Made by a program: the position numbers and the translations under genes. A DNA stretch of 64,000 nucleotides, taken from Negaprion brevirostris (taxonomy: Eukaryota). Below are positions 36,571-50,407 of this stretch, piece by piece. The DNA is taken from contig JARDVH010000154.1 in the NCBI GenBank assembly GCA_030324005.1, positions 20,556,397 to 20,620,396 of the forward strand, in the 5' to 3' direction. The notes under the pieces were generated by a model that searched no databases, had not been told where the DNA came from, and was given only the letters and a program-made list of their open reading frames with translations. Positions within the stretch are counted from its first letter, which is position 1. The number at the start of each line of letters is the position of its first letter.

Positions 36571-38139
36571 TAGTGAATTGGAATTGAATTTCACATATTT
36601 ACTTATTTAACCCCTTTCCCAATGCTCTCCTGCAATTTGGGAGTTTTAAAGTTCTCTCAGGGAGTCTGGTGAGGTATCATATGGTATATAAAATGCCCTG
36701 CTGGTACACTACCTCAATTTGCTTTGTGCTGATAAGATTGAAGTTGTCTCATGCATTGGGAGAAGAAGTCCATGCGACGTTGCATGTCCTGCACTGAACT
36801 GAAAGCTAGCACACAGTCATTGGCAAACAGGAAATCGTGAAAACTGTCCTTGGAGAGTATAGTCTTTGCCTGAGGTCATCTCAGAATAAGCGAGGATGCG
36901 TCTTGTTTAACTCTGGTGGCGATAAGGAATGGGTCAGAAGACTCACCAGCACCCAGGACATATGGGAGCATGCTGTCATGGAACTGTTGAACCATTGTGA
37001 TAAATTTTACAGGCAACTGAATTTCTCTTACAATTGGCTGTCAAATCCTTGATCCAGCCAACAAATGTGGTGCAGAGGCCATGTTCTCTGGGAATTATCT
37101 AAGTGCAAACATTATCAGTGGTTCCTTGGCCTTCTTAGAAACCAAACTGGCTCTCTGGCAGCAAATCCTGGTCGAGACGTTAGATTAAGTGGTTCAGAAA
37201 GACTGTGGCAAAGATTTTTCTGGTGACACAAAAGTGAGAGATTCCTCTATGATTGTCACAAGGCTGGGGAATTCACTTCCACTCCTATAGGTGGCCATTA
37301 GCGGCATCTTTGTATTATTGTGGGATGTTTCCTTGCTCCCACATAGACTGCAAGAGTTCATTGAGGTTTATGACCAGACATTGGCCTCTGGGCTTATAGG
37401 CCTCAGCTGGAATAGCATCAACTCCTGGAGCTTGGCCACTAGACAAGAGTTTGAACAAGGTTTATCCTGATGCCTAATTAAACTATGAATTCACTGCATC
37501 TATCATTAGTGGTTATGGAAACTCATCAAGGGAGAATAGGGATGGGACTGCATGAGCAAGCAGCCCTTAAAATGCAGACTTGTGAAATTTACCACCCTAC
37601 AACTTTGCCTCCATCTCCCCACGAAGGAACCTTAAAGGGATATAGATATTTAAAGATAAGTGGCTACATATGGGGGAAACATATTTTAGACTTTTAAAAA
37701 GCCTGGGAATATTTAAAATGAATAGTTTTGCCTTCTGAAGACCATTTGGGGCATAATAACTGTGGCGGTAGGAAACAATTTCTGGGCAAGAAAAGAAGCA
37801 GCACACCTGAATCCATATTAGATAGTTACAGCGGGTTTGGATTCAAAGGCAGTCTCCTGAGAGGACAGCAGTGCATATTTAGTAAAACCAATCAGCAAAA
37901 ACAAAAAAAAAGAGGGAGCAGACAATCCTGGCAGATGCTAAAGTGCAGGTGTAGTTTAATTGATTGCTTAGATTTGCGACTAGTTCCATGCTGATCTGCA
38001 ACTTGCAGAGCCACTACTGTGCTCATGCCTGGAAAGACAAATAAAGTGGCTACTGGCATTCCAAATCTGGGGTTTGCTTATTTTCCTAGCTTGCCTTCTT
38101 TCTTCTGGGTTTGATTCCTGTGTGTGAATATTGTCTTGA

Positions 38140-39600
38140 GTAGAGATGAAGTTGAATAGGTCTTTCTTCTCTGGAGAAAAGAAGAATGAGAGGCAAACTC
38201 ACTGAAACATCCAAAATTCTTGGGAAGGCTTGCTATAGTGGATTTCTGCTGGCTTGGGGTGTCTCAAACAAGTGACCATGGTCTCAGAACGAGAGGTAAG
38301 ACATTTAGGACGGGTGTGAGAAGAAACCTCTTCATTTAGAGGTTTGTGAATAAATTGATTATTTATCTCGTGGCTGCTTGTGCTACTTGTGTGTGCAAGT
38401 TGAGAAACTCGGACTCCAGGCTGGAATGTCTAAAACTAGGAGTTGTGGCCATGGGATGAAGAGTTGATTATTTAGAACTGATGAGGAGGAACTTCTCACT
38501 TGGGAGAGTTGTGAGTCTTTGGAATTTTCCACCCCAGAATATAGAGAATATGGACAGATGCAAAATGGATCCTACATTGCAACAGTAAATGCAGTTAATA
38601 GCAAAAATATACTGCAAAACAGAAATGAGTTTTAAAAAAAGCCTCAGACCCTTTTAGGGGTACTTACTCATGGAACTATCATTAAGTCAACTACATGAAG
38701 CAAGCAAGGTCTCTGGTTCAGTGCTGGCCTAAGCAAATGGAAAATCAAATTCCTTGGCTATCGTGCCAGGATTTGAATCCATGACTTCACACCATCAGTC
38801 CAGGCCTGTAAATTGTTAGTCCAATAATATAACCACTGTGCCATCAAAGCCCAAAGGAATAGTGCTCCACAAGGAACTGATATGTAAAGGAAATGGACAT
38901 AGAAATTGCATGAGAAGAACACTGAAATTTACCAATGTTGCTAAAATTGGAGTTGTGATTGTGAAAAATTGCTGAAGTTTATAGATAGTCGAACACAATG
39001 AGCAATTAGATGGCAGATGCAATTTAATACAGAAAAATGTGAAGTAATAAACCTTGAAAGTTAACAAAGTGAAAAAAGACACTTTAAAAGGTAAGGTTTT
39101 AAAGTAACTTTTACAGCAGAGGGATCTTTATTTCCAATATACAGATCACTGAAGTGAAAACTGAATATAAAAGAGAGAAGGTAATGTTGGACCTTAGTAG
39201 GCCATAGTTGGAGGAGTGCTGCAGTTTCGGACACTCCATTCTATGAGTGACAGAAAAGTAATGGAAATGTTACAGTGCAAATCCATTATGATGTTGGGAC
39301 GTTTTTCACTAAAGATGATCAGATATAACCTGACAGAAATGTTACAAAACCTTAAAATAAACTCTAACCAATTCCAATAGTAAGCAAGAAGCTCAAGAAG
39401 GGATATGTTTAAGTTCAGTGTAAGAAAAGAAAAAGTAGATTTGATTTTTTTTCCCCCTAAGAAGCTGGTTGGAGTATTGGATTCTCTGTGATAAACCACA
39501 GTTGAAGCAGAGTCCATAAATTCTGCAAAATAAATTGAAGGAATAACTTGAAGGGAAAGGGTGCAAGTGGGACTAGACTATGTGCATTATATAGAGGCAG
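38140..39600 (+). mobile_element. Cluster of old CR1 fragments
   Basis: ttctctggagaaaagaagaatgagaggc, gatggcagatgcaatttaatacagaaaaatgtgaagtaat and ccttagtaggccatagttggag are CR1 ORF2 3' motifs. Confidence 0.65.
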
Positions 39601-41254
39601 AGTGAGGAGAAAACAGCACAGAATTTTTAATGTCTAGTTTCTGGGCTATAATGTACTGTGTTGTACATTGTACGATCAATTCACCGTGCCTCCCAGGGTC
39701 CCTACAATATCATCTTTTGATCATTTGTACCCTGAGTGCAACAGATGGATAGAGACTTAAAACTTACGTACTTATAGGTATGTTGAATGCATTTCTGTTG
39801 CCGTCATCCGATTTCATTGTTTGTTCATGACCAATAGTGAAGTAATGAAATTGGCAAACTGGCAAACATTCAGTATAATTTTAGAACACAACCTGAGGCT
39901 ATATAATTGTGAAATCAGAATGTGCAAATGCCTCATGTAATTTAGCATGTTTCTTAGCATATCCGAATCGTAGTAATGAGGGCTTGAATTAGGATTAATT
40001 GTTGTCTTTTACTTTCAGTGAGGACTAAATAGATAATTTCTGAGTGCAAGGCAAGAGAGGGTTTGGATATTATGAACCTAACCTATTAATTCAGTTATGG
40101 TAAGGTGGCGCTGTTGACAGAGGAATTAGGTTCAGGTTAATATCCCGCACGTCAGTGAATTGCACTGTACTTGACTCATCTTCTGCAGCTTGAAATTTAG
40201 AAAGAGCCCTCTCCAATTTGTATAGTACAAAGTGAGAGAGAAGATCACAAAAGAGATACATTTCAAGAAAACAAAATCATTTGAAACCATATTTGAATCC
40301 ATCTAGTTTGTTTGGTCTATTATGTTGCCTAGCTCAGCTGGAGGCTTCATGCAACACATTCTAAGGAAGTTTTGAAAATCATGCCAAAAAAATCCAAATA
40401 CCAGATTTATATTACTTTATATTATTTTAACTACTTTAAAAGTTTTATTCATGTCTTGGCAGATATTTAAGTGCTAAAGCCTCAAGGCTTTCAAAGCCCC
40501 ATGCAATGGGTTCATGGTTTGCATCCCAGATGTCCTACAGATTCATCACAATTTTTCAGCTGAGAAACTCTGCAAGTGATGTGGTTTAAAATCAAAATAA
40601 TCTGTTTCATATGTTTGAAGCTGCATCATTAGGAACTGCCTTTGTGAAATAGCTGTTACTTCTGGTAAACAATGTTCTAACTAAATTTGCTGAGCACTAT
40701 TCGTAATTGTGCTTTGTTTACTTTCCTCAAAAGGAAGTTATCTCCATCCCATTGCAGTTTAGTCATTTCTGGACAACACAACTGAAGCTACAATGTATGC
40801 CCTGTGCTAATGTTGGAGGTTGGCTTTGGATCAGGTAATGCTGGTGAGTGAAGGGCTGGTGTGCAAGCAACGTGAATTAAAATGTTGAATGTTTTCTAAT
40901 CAATTCAATAAAACTATTATCTCAAAATCTAATTTGATTTAAGTATGATTTATGTTTGTTTAATTATAATGCTCAGTCCTTATAGTGAACCCTTCAATTT
41001 TGCGAACAAAAACACTGTGGGGTTATCTAGCCATGAGAACTATTTGTACTAAAGAAAGCACCATTTGTCGTTGAGCCTAATCTACAAATGGATTTAAAAA
41101 GAGTGTATAATCCGTAAAATTCAACAGCAATGCTACCAATAAAAACGTGTAATTAATCGCATGCGAGCGCTAGACAATTTTATATGGCAAAAAACTGTCA
41201 GCTCGGAATTTGAAATAAAAACTAAAGATAGGAAATACACAGCGTGTGAAAAGG

Positions 41255-42120
41255 GAAAAGTCAAATTAAGAATTCAGAATTCTGTTGCTGTTGACACCAT
41301 GCTTAAAATAGCAGATGACAACAGTCTCTTTTCCTTCTCTACTGCATGCTTTAACTATGGATTCCTTGCTGAGGTGAAAGTTAAACAGCTTTATAAACAA
41401 CTTGATTTAAAGGAAATGTGGAAACGCAACTAAACACCTACATTTAAATTACTTCGCAACATTTGTTGTACATGGAACAATTCTGCACTTATAATACTAT
41501 ATTTTTACTCTGAAGTGATGAGACACCTGCTGTGTATTTCCAACCTTGTTGTCCTACTTTCAACGCAGGTGAAGTGCAACATTCCTGACAAAAATGCAAA
41601 TAAATAATTTACTTATCGCAGATAATACAATAAGAAAAAATAATTTTAAATGTTAATTTAAATGTCTTTATTTAGGATTTTCCTTTTAAAAACCACACTT
41701 ATTCTGTCTACCTTTAACCTCCCTCTGTCTTGTCTTTTGCTTCTCTCCAACTCTGTATAACCTTATCTTCCAGTTCTAGTCTGATTTGTTTTTGTCATTT
41801 CTTTCCTTGCTCAGTTTTAGTTTGCACTGCAAGCCTGAGTGTGAAGTTCTAAAAGAAAATAGTTACCAAGTTCTCTGTTGCTGTTGACACTATGCTAAAT
41901 GCAGCAAATGACACCAGTAAGTCTTTTCCACAGCAAATGTATCTTATGGATTTTTTTGCTGAGCTGAAAGTTAATGTCAGATAACTTCAAAAGCAACTTG
42001 ATTTAAAGGAGATGTGGAAGTGTAACTAACCAGTCACATCTAAATTATTTGGAGAACATTAATGCCTTTGTTATACTTGGAACAATTCAGTGCTTACAAT
42101 ATCGTATTTTATGCTGAATT
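41255..42120. repeat. Diverged direct duplication of a ~250-bp unit (about 41255-41515 and 41850-42120)
   Basis: Shared blocks in the same order: tctgttgctgttgacacYatgct, tatggatt..ttgctgag.tgaaagttaa, caacttgatttaaaggaRatgtggaa, tggaacaattc. Confidence 0.85.
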
Positions 42121-44811
42121 TTAGTTGGTTTATCAATGACTTTTGTCACCTATGTCATTCACAAACTTAATATTCTGCATATGTGTACTTATCGTAGAGA
42201 GTACATCATTAAAATAGAAATACAGCTTTTCTCAGTGTTGCAACAGCTTTAAAATCTGATAATTTGGCATATGATGAGGTGTGACAATCAGTTTCACAGT
42301 CACAGAACTGATCACTAGTCTGTTACCAATTTCTGCCTGGGTAGCAAAGGAAATTGAAGATAGTTCTGATTAAAGGGAAAGAAAACATTTTTATGACCTC
42401 TGATGTCAGTAGCTGGTGAAAACCATTTTAACTGGTTAAAAAATCCAATTTTCTACGATGTGACATACAAGTTAACTTGCCTTTTAGAAGATTATTTTAA
42501 TTAACATGGAATAGATTTTAGGGCTGAACAAGATTAGTACACTTATTTTTAATTTTAGTATCTTAAAGTTAGTTTTTTTTTTAAAGTTTTAGTAAAATGG
42601 TTGAATTATAATTTTCGCACTTGTTTTCATCAGAAAATAATCCTTTTTAGGTACGGACAAAACATTTAGCTGTTCTTATTTATTTCTGAAATTTAAGCAT
42701 GTGCTATTTGTGAAATACAATTTGTAGACTTTTCTATTTCGACAATTGGTAAAAGTAGGTATTAGATACTATTTGTTGTGAAAGGGCTAATTCTCAATTG
42801 TTTTTTATTCAAATTGCTGTTATGAGAAGGGTTTGAATGTGGACTGTGGATGAAATAAAGGGAGAAGACACTGAGGTCAGAATAAATAATGTCAGTCAAC
42901 AGTTTTGCTAAGCTCCAAACTACAGTACAAAATAAAAACCAAGTTAAATTCGGGATATACTCCTCTAAATAGGTATTAGCTGTGGGGGTGGCAGGGAAAG
43001 AGTTGCAGGCCATTCATATGTAACTAAAATGCAAAATGCAGGCATGAAATAAAATTCTTTACTTGGTAGGGTAAATCATTTTCCACACAATTAAAAACAA
43101 AATAATCTCATTTTGGCGATATAATATTAAGTAAATTTAGAACCTGATTTTGGATNNNNNNNNNNNNNNNNNNNNNNNNNNNNNNNNNNNNNNNNNNNNN
43201 NNTACTCAGCAGGATCTGGAGTACAGTCAAATGGCAAACAGCCTGAGCAAATAATTTGATTCAGTTGCGTCTCCTGACATCATTTAAATGTTTTCATGTT
43301 GTTCCCATAGTTCGTGGCCACATCAAGATGAGTTGCTCATTTTCTCCTAAAGATAAATGGCAATATGAGACTTTTAAAAAAAAATTTGGTCTGGCTAGCT
43401 ACTGCCTGTCGCAATACAACAGCTCAGGCGATGCCCCAGTGGCAGCAGTCTAATTCTGAGGAGATACCATCACCTTTTGCCATGCCATGCCATGCACAAA
43501 CATTTTATCTTCATAAAGTCAATACTCTGAGCGTGCAAACTGGCAAAAATGTCACAACTACCTTAGGCTTCCCTTTGGTTGACAAACCACAAGGAAACCA
43601 GCACAGCAACTAAAGATAAATATCCAAGAACAATGCTCTTGGACCAGCAAAAGCCTGACCTTTGGTGTATAAATTTGGTTTATATCCATATTATGAACTC
43701 CTCACACACAAGAAAAGGTATCCTAAAACAATTGTTTTTTTCCTAATATAGTGTTCCATATTATAACGAATTGCAAATATGCAACATCTAAGTGCTAAGC
43801 GGTAAATAAGAAGTCATCCTCCGTTTTGTTTCCTGAATTGACCGTGATCACCTAGACAGATTTCAGAGAAATTAACCAAATTTCTACCCTCTGAGGCGAG
43901 TGGTTTGATCCTTTATTTCACCTTTACCAGCAGACTACATGGCACCTAGTGGGTAAGGAGTCCCTTGGCATGATGCATGAAGCATCATAACTGATTGAGA
44001 AAGCTTAGATGGACCATCTGTCATATTTTCCTTCGCAGTTTCAGTGCTCCAAAGTATTCTCTTGGTCCTTCCAAAGAATTGTAGCTGCAGTATAAATGCA
44101 ACTATCCAATTTGACAACACTATTTGTTGAGTTGTCAACCCTGACCATATTATTCTCCCAGACCCATGCCATTTTGTAGCTGCGAGTGCAAGTTTACATA
44201 TACAGTCAGTTTGCGCACAGTGGGTCCAAATGTCAGTGAATTTTAGTGTTCAAACATTAAGGGGTCAGTTGACTCACTGATATCAAAACAGATGAGAGGA
44301 ATTTCACTTTCTGCTGGGTTTTCACTGTTCCTGATTTTAACTCCCAACTTCCTCTAGCTAGCTGAAGTGCCTTGGAAGAAGTGGGTACCAGATGTATGTT
44401 TGAAAATCTTGGGCTTGTGATGTTGTTAGCAGCCCAACTTAATCTTAAACAGGCAAATTACAAGATCTGCCTGGCATCCACTGTGTTGAGCAAAATGCAA
44501 GACTGGCTTCACAAATGACTCATTCATTTACTGCAAGTGTTACTGATGCATATTTAGTTGCAGCTATTAAGATCTATAGGGATCTGGATTCTATTGTGCT
44601 TTGTGTATTTTCATAGCATTTTTCATCTTGGAGATTGCTTCATTCTGTTCGTTTATTTTCCTTTTATATTCTAATTAAGCTTTCAGCTAATTAAACAACT
44701 AGGACAAGCAGCAGGTGGATTTGTAATAAAAATGTACCTCAGTGCAGAGTGCTGTAGGCCAAAATTCACTTTCCTCAATATCTCAGAAGCATGCATCAGA
44801 AGGCTGCAATT

Positions 44812-45181
44812 CCATAGAATTCCTACAGTGCAGAAGGAGGCCATTCGGCCCATTGAATCTACTCCAACTCTCCAAAAGAGCATCTTACTCAGGTCACTCT
44901 CTCTCCCCCCCACCTCCACCCCACCTTTAACCTATCCCCATAATCCCATGCATTTTTATAATGGCTAATCCACATAACATACACATCTTTGGACATTAAG
45001 TGTCAATTTAGCATGGTCAATCCACCTAACCAGCACATCTTTGGACTGAGAGGGGAAACTGGGGCATCCGGAGGAAACCCATGCAGACACGGAAGAACGT
45101 GCAAACTCCACAGTCACCCAAGGCTGGAATTGAACCCTAGTCCCTGACACTGTGAAGCAGCACTGCTAATCATTGTGTCAC
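44812..45181 (-). mobile_element. HE1-like V-SINE, CR1-type tail
   Basis: catagaattcctacagtgcagaaggaggccattcggccc ... ggaattgaacc...cactgctaatcattgtgtcac. Confidence 0.88.
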
Positions 45182-45214
45182 CTCTGGATGACTATTGCTG
45201 ATACATGATATACA

Positions 45215-45938
45215 TAGATATACCCAGAGTGCTGTTAGGAACGGAGTTCTAGAAGTTAGACCCAGTGACAGTTAAGAAATGGCAATATATTTCCAAGTCA
45301 GAATGTTGAGTGACATAGAGGAGAATTTCCAGGTGCTGGTGTTCCCCTGTGTCTGCTGCCTTGTCCTTCTAGCTAGTAGTTGTTATGGGTTTGGAAGGTG
45401 CTACCTAAGCAGTCTTTGTGCATTCCTGCAGTGCATCTTGTAGGTGGTACACACCACTCCCATTGTGGAGGAGGGAGTGAATGTTTGTGGAAGGGATGCT
45501 GATCCAGTGGGCTGCTTTGTTGTGGATGGTGTCAAGCTTCTTGAATGTTGTTCGAGCTGTACTCATGCAAGCAAGACGAGACTACTTCATTGTACTCCTG
45601 ACTTGTGCCTTGTAGATGGTGGATAAGCTTCGAGGAGTTAGAAAGTCAATTACTAGGAAAGTGGATTTCTAGCCTTTGACCTGCTCTTGTAGCCATAGTA
45701 TTTATGTGGCCAGTCCAGTTCAGTTTCTGGTCAATGGTAATGCCTAGGATGTTGATGTTGGGGTAGTCAGCATTGGTAATGCCACAGAATGCCAAGGGCT
45801 GATGGTTAGACTCTCTCTAGTCATTACCTGGCCCTTGTGTAGCACAGATGTTACTTGCCACTTGTCATCCCAAGCCTGGATATTGTCCAGGTTTTCTTGC
45901 ATTTGGACATGGACTGTTTCAGTATCTGAGGAGTCTCA
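45215..45938 (-). mobile_element. CR1-clade LINE fragment
   Basis: Homologous to 1100-1790 and to the reverse complement of 60920-61400. Confidence 0.8.
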
Positions 45939-47252
45939 AACGAATCTGTTGTCAGTTGGCCACAGCCATTGCCATGCTTTGCCAGTCGTTGTCAAGGTCA
46001 CTACTGCTTTGAAATTTGTTTTGTTGTAGGTAGTTTCCAGACTGCTATTAGAGACATTACCCTTATCTGCCAGTCCGCAGTGTTTCTGCATTAAGCAGGG
46101 CCTGAATGTCGTCTTTGCCAAGGCTAATCACTATATCACCGCTGCCATGGGCACCATCAGTCAAATCAAGAAGTGATTCCCTCTTGCCCTAGGCATCATA
46201 GACTGAATCCAAGTAACAATTAAGGCACATTAAGACCAGCCTCAAGAGTTCATTAATAGGAAGGGAGATTACCTAACTAATATCTATGTGATCATTGCAG
46301 AAGGATTATGCAGATCTGTGCCAGTAATGTTGGCAGATGCCACTCTGCTTTCATCTTGCAAAACTCAAATATTCCACCCTTCTGGGAATATAAAAGGATG
46401 CCTACTTGTTGACAAGGTTGTTCCATGTAGACCACGATGACACTCTTCTGCCATCCCACCACACTTGAACATCTCAGATGCAATCACAGTCACACCAAGA
46501 ACCAGGAAATTTGCTGACCCCAAGTCTTATAAAACTTTCAATCAACAACTGAATTGCTTGGGTACTTTATAAAACATTCCTTCATAATGGTTAAATTTGA
46601 TTTAGATAGCTTTGCATTGCAGTTATTCAATGGCTTGCAGTTGAAATCACTTTGTATGGACTTAAAATGTTCCATATGCTTGGCTTATTACAGTCAAAGC
46701 TATGTTCAAAATAATTGAACGTTAAACACAGTAAGTACAAATGCAGAACTGACCTATTTATAACTGCATGTGAAAATAAAACTGGCAAAACGCAATTTTG
46801 TGTAACTTTATGAAGTTGACACAGAAATGCTTCAAAAGATTATCCTAACAAGATTGGCATAATTCTATGCTGTGTATCAGGCATCCTGTAAGTTTATTCA
46901 CTGACAAGAACCCCAAACGCCATTTAGAAGGCCAAAATCAAAACAAGCTAAAGAACGTGGCAAATCCATCAGCAATGCAATCCTCATTCTGAATTCCTCC
47001 TTTGGAAATAGTTAAATGAAGCACTCTAACTCTGTACACACTACAGTTACTCTGTAACTCTACAGCACATATCTCTGGAAGGCATCAATTATAGCATCAA
47101 ATATTTTATTATTAACCAGCAACTCCCAAAGTTACCAACAGAGGACAATAAACAGAACACAAGAGGTACAAGGTAGCATGAATTTATATCAAATACACCA
47201 AATCAAATAAAATGTTTAAAAAAAGCACGGAACTGTGCTTGGTAGTACTCAC

Positions 47253-47302
47253 CCCAAGTCCACCACAGGGTAGCAGTGCATACATCTTCTGTGTGATAGG
47301 AC
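47253..47302 (-). CDS. HDAC5: HDAC5 exon: (G)PITQKMYALLPCGGLG
   Basis: 50 nt; acceptor tttag, donor gtgagt. Seen inside ORF 47184..47387; carries the structural-zinc Cys (LPCGG). Confidence 0.95.
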
Positions 47303-47660
47303 CTAAATAAACATGCCAACATAATGGTGAAAAGCTGAGTATATTTTTATTTCTTTGGAAAGACAGTAGAAAATCCTTCACTAACACTCGCTTAACTATT
47401 ATTTAGGTTTATTTAATTGCAATTTTCAAGTACTTGAATTAAAATGTTCGAAGTATTTATCGTCAAGAATTTAGCAAGTTAATTACATTACATTCTCAGC
47501 CTGCACGACACACCAGATAGGAACTTAATTCCTCCAAACCAGCAAGTGAATGTAATATAGAAACAGATTTTCATGATGCAAACAGAATTCTAACATTGCC
47601 AGTCAAAACGAGATTCGCTTGCTGTAAAGGTCTGTTTCTTCTTTGGACGTTTGAGAATCA

Positions 47661-47891
<231 letters not shown>

Positions 47892-48396
47892 CTACGGATT
47901 TCAGATATTTATTCCATGAATATTTAAATTAATGTGTCTTCTTACTGATTCCTGACCTTTATAATATTCACCACTGCAAATGCTTTAAACAAAAGTTTGC
48001 AGACACCTGAAAGCGTGAAGATTTAAATACTGTTCAGAACATTCAGTACTCAAAGGGTTAATTATTTAGGTGGCACACATCAGAAATTTCCTGCCTGGGA
48101 AACAACAATGAGGAATGTGCTGAAGCGGTCTCTGCGCTAACCCAGTTTCCCAAAAATAATAGATTCAGATACATTCATAAATATGTATAAATTTCAAGTA
48201 TATAGAGCATAAACACTCAAATCTCTTATGATTACTTGCTAGCATATATAGGCTCCCCATAATAACTAAGCAAGCAACCTTTACACTGACATTAAAAGTT
48301 CCAAATCTGGGTTACACCTTCAACCCTCAAGTGCTATTTAATCGTTGCATGAATTCATTTTTTTGAATCTTGCTCATCAGCATCAATTACATTCAA

Positions 48397-48713
48397 GAAT
48401 CAAAGAATCCTACAATGCATGAGGAGGCCATTTGGCCCATCGAGTCTGCACTGACCACAAACCCATCCAGACCCTATCCCCATAACCTGATGCATTTGCC
48501 CTAACTAATTCCCCTGACACTAAGGGGCAGTTTAGCATGACCAATACACCTGACCTGCACATCTTTGGACAGCGGGAGGAACTTGGAGCTCCCAGAGGAA
48601 ACCCACTCAGACAAGGGGACAATGTGTAAACGCCACACAATCAGTGACCCAAGCCAGGAATCGAACCCATGTCCTTGGCACTGTGAGGCAGCAGAGCTAA
48701 CCACTGTGCCACC
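48397..48713 (-). mobile_element. HE1-like V-SINE, CR1-type tail
   Basis: aagaatcctacaatgcatgaggaggcc...ggaatcgaaccc...gctaaccactgtgccacc. Confidence 0.88.
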
Positions 48714-50353
48714 CAATAAACATACTTTCCAAGCTGTTAATGCCACACCTCATCTCCCTTATAGCAATTAAAACAGCTGTGTGTCTACTGAGACAAATCC
48801 CCAAATAATTTAGTTTTGAAATGTTGAATCATGAGAGCTCATTGCACAGTTCTGTTGAGGAAGTTAGGGCTGACGATCATGGTATAACTGCAGTCTGATG
48901 GGTTTACAAGTGACAGAGATTCCTCCCTCATTTGATAGGATTACAATCTTTAAATCTCCATGGCATTTTACAATGTAATACAAACCATGATTCTCAAATG
49001 AGGAAACTGAACCTATAATACACTGTTATAGTTGTGATTCTGAGGAGATGAAACGCTGTGAGCACAACATTAATTATATTTCAAAGTTGTTGGATGATGC
49101 CCTTCGTAGAAGGGTATAGAAACTGAGTGTCAATAGTTGCAAAATAGAACACGTGATTCATTAAAGGATAGAACAAGTTTTATTAAAATGTAGACTAAAA
49201 TTGCATTGATAGAATTTATTAACCGACAGAACACAAAATAAAAACTTTGAAAAAAGCGTTGCCAATTGCACCTACACATCTGGTTGGCTTCTCTCTACAA
49301 ACTTTTATGCACTGCATTTCCCAAATTTTTTTTTTAAATAGTATTTTATTCATGCACAAAAATAAAATACATGAGAGAGATATCACATTGGTGAGTATAG
49401 ACACATTATACAGATAAAGTTACAACTGTTCCTTTATCATCTGTGCACAGTTATCTGGACCACAGTTTTTTCCTCAGAATAAGAAAGAATGAACTAAAAA
49501 TGACTCAGACATGTTACCAAGAAATATAATGCAAAATAGACAAATATTTAAACTAACAGAATAAGTTTACTACACTGAGTCTACGCTTTGATCAAATATT
49601 TACTCCAAGTAGTCCAAAACCAACTAAAGATTCAAGGATAGTAATGAATAATGTTTCTTTTCACTAAGCATGAAAGCAACAACTTCTAATTGTATATGCA
49701 TCTGTATGTATTTATTAAAATGGATTGCTGAAGCTGAGGAATAAAACCTATCATACAGAGGCAGCAATAACATAAATGCTTGGATTCATTATAGGTTTCC
49801 TAACATTACAATGGCAAGTGTTCAAAATCCCATCTGTAAAGAGCACCTTGTATTGCACAAGAATGTTTTCTCATTTCCCACAAGTTCAAATGGATTCATT
49901 AAGTAATATTACTATATTACCATCAACTATATACATCTGTAGGCCCAAATTTGTACTCTGGTCTTTTATGTGTCAACTGAATTTCCCACAATAAATTTCA
50001 ATGATCTCTGCAAGACACTTTGAGCTGACTTGAAATCCAGGTTCCAGAGATGAAAGGACACATTGTTCTAACCACTGTTCTCCTTTGGTTTTTAATGAAT
50101 ACAATGCAAAAGCTGCATTATTTTGTATTCAAGACCCAACATTGTTGCGTGACCCCTACATTAACACAGGGCAAATAAGGTGCCATCAGTCAATTTTGTT
50201 ATCTGACAGTTCTTTTAAATGAAGATTCAAATCATGCAGCAAAAAGTCCAGGTTTAGGACGTGACAAAGTTTTTGTCGGGTACTCTGGACTACATATTAT
50301 TCCAGAGGCGCCAGCTTCCATTATGGCAGCTGCTGGGTTTTGACACATTTAAA

Positions 50354-50407
50354 CCCCAAGCATATGTGGTAGAATTGAGAATCCCCAAGCATATGTGGTG
50401 GAGTTGA
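50354..50407. repeat. 29-bp tandem duplication
   Basis: ccccaagcatatgtggtRgaRttga present twice. Confidence 0.85.

Noticed and set aside
40097-40113. aggtggcgctg CTCF half-match
   Set aside because: The 5' half of the core (CCxxxAG) is missing; too weak to call.
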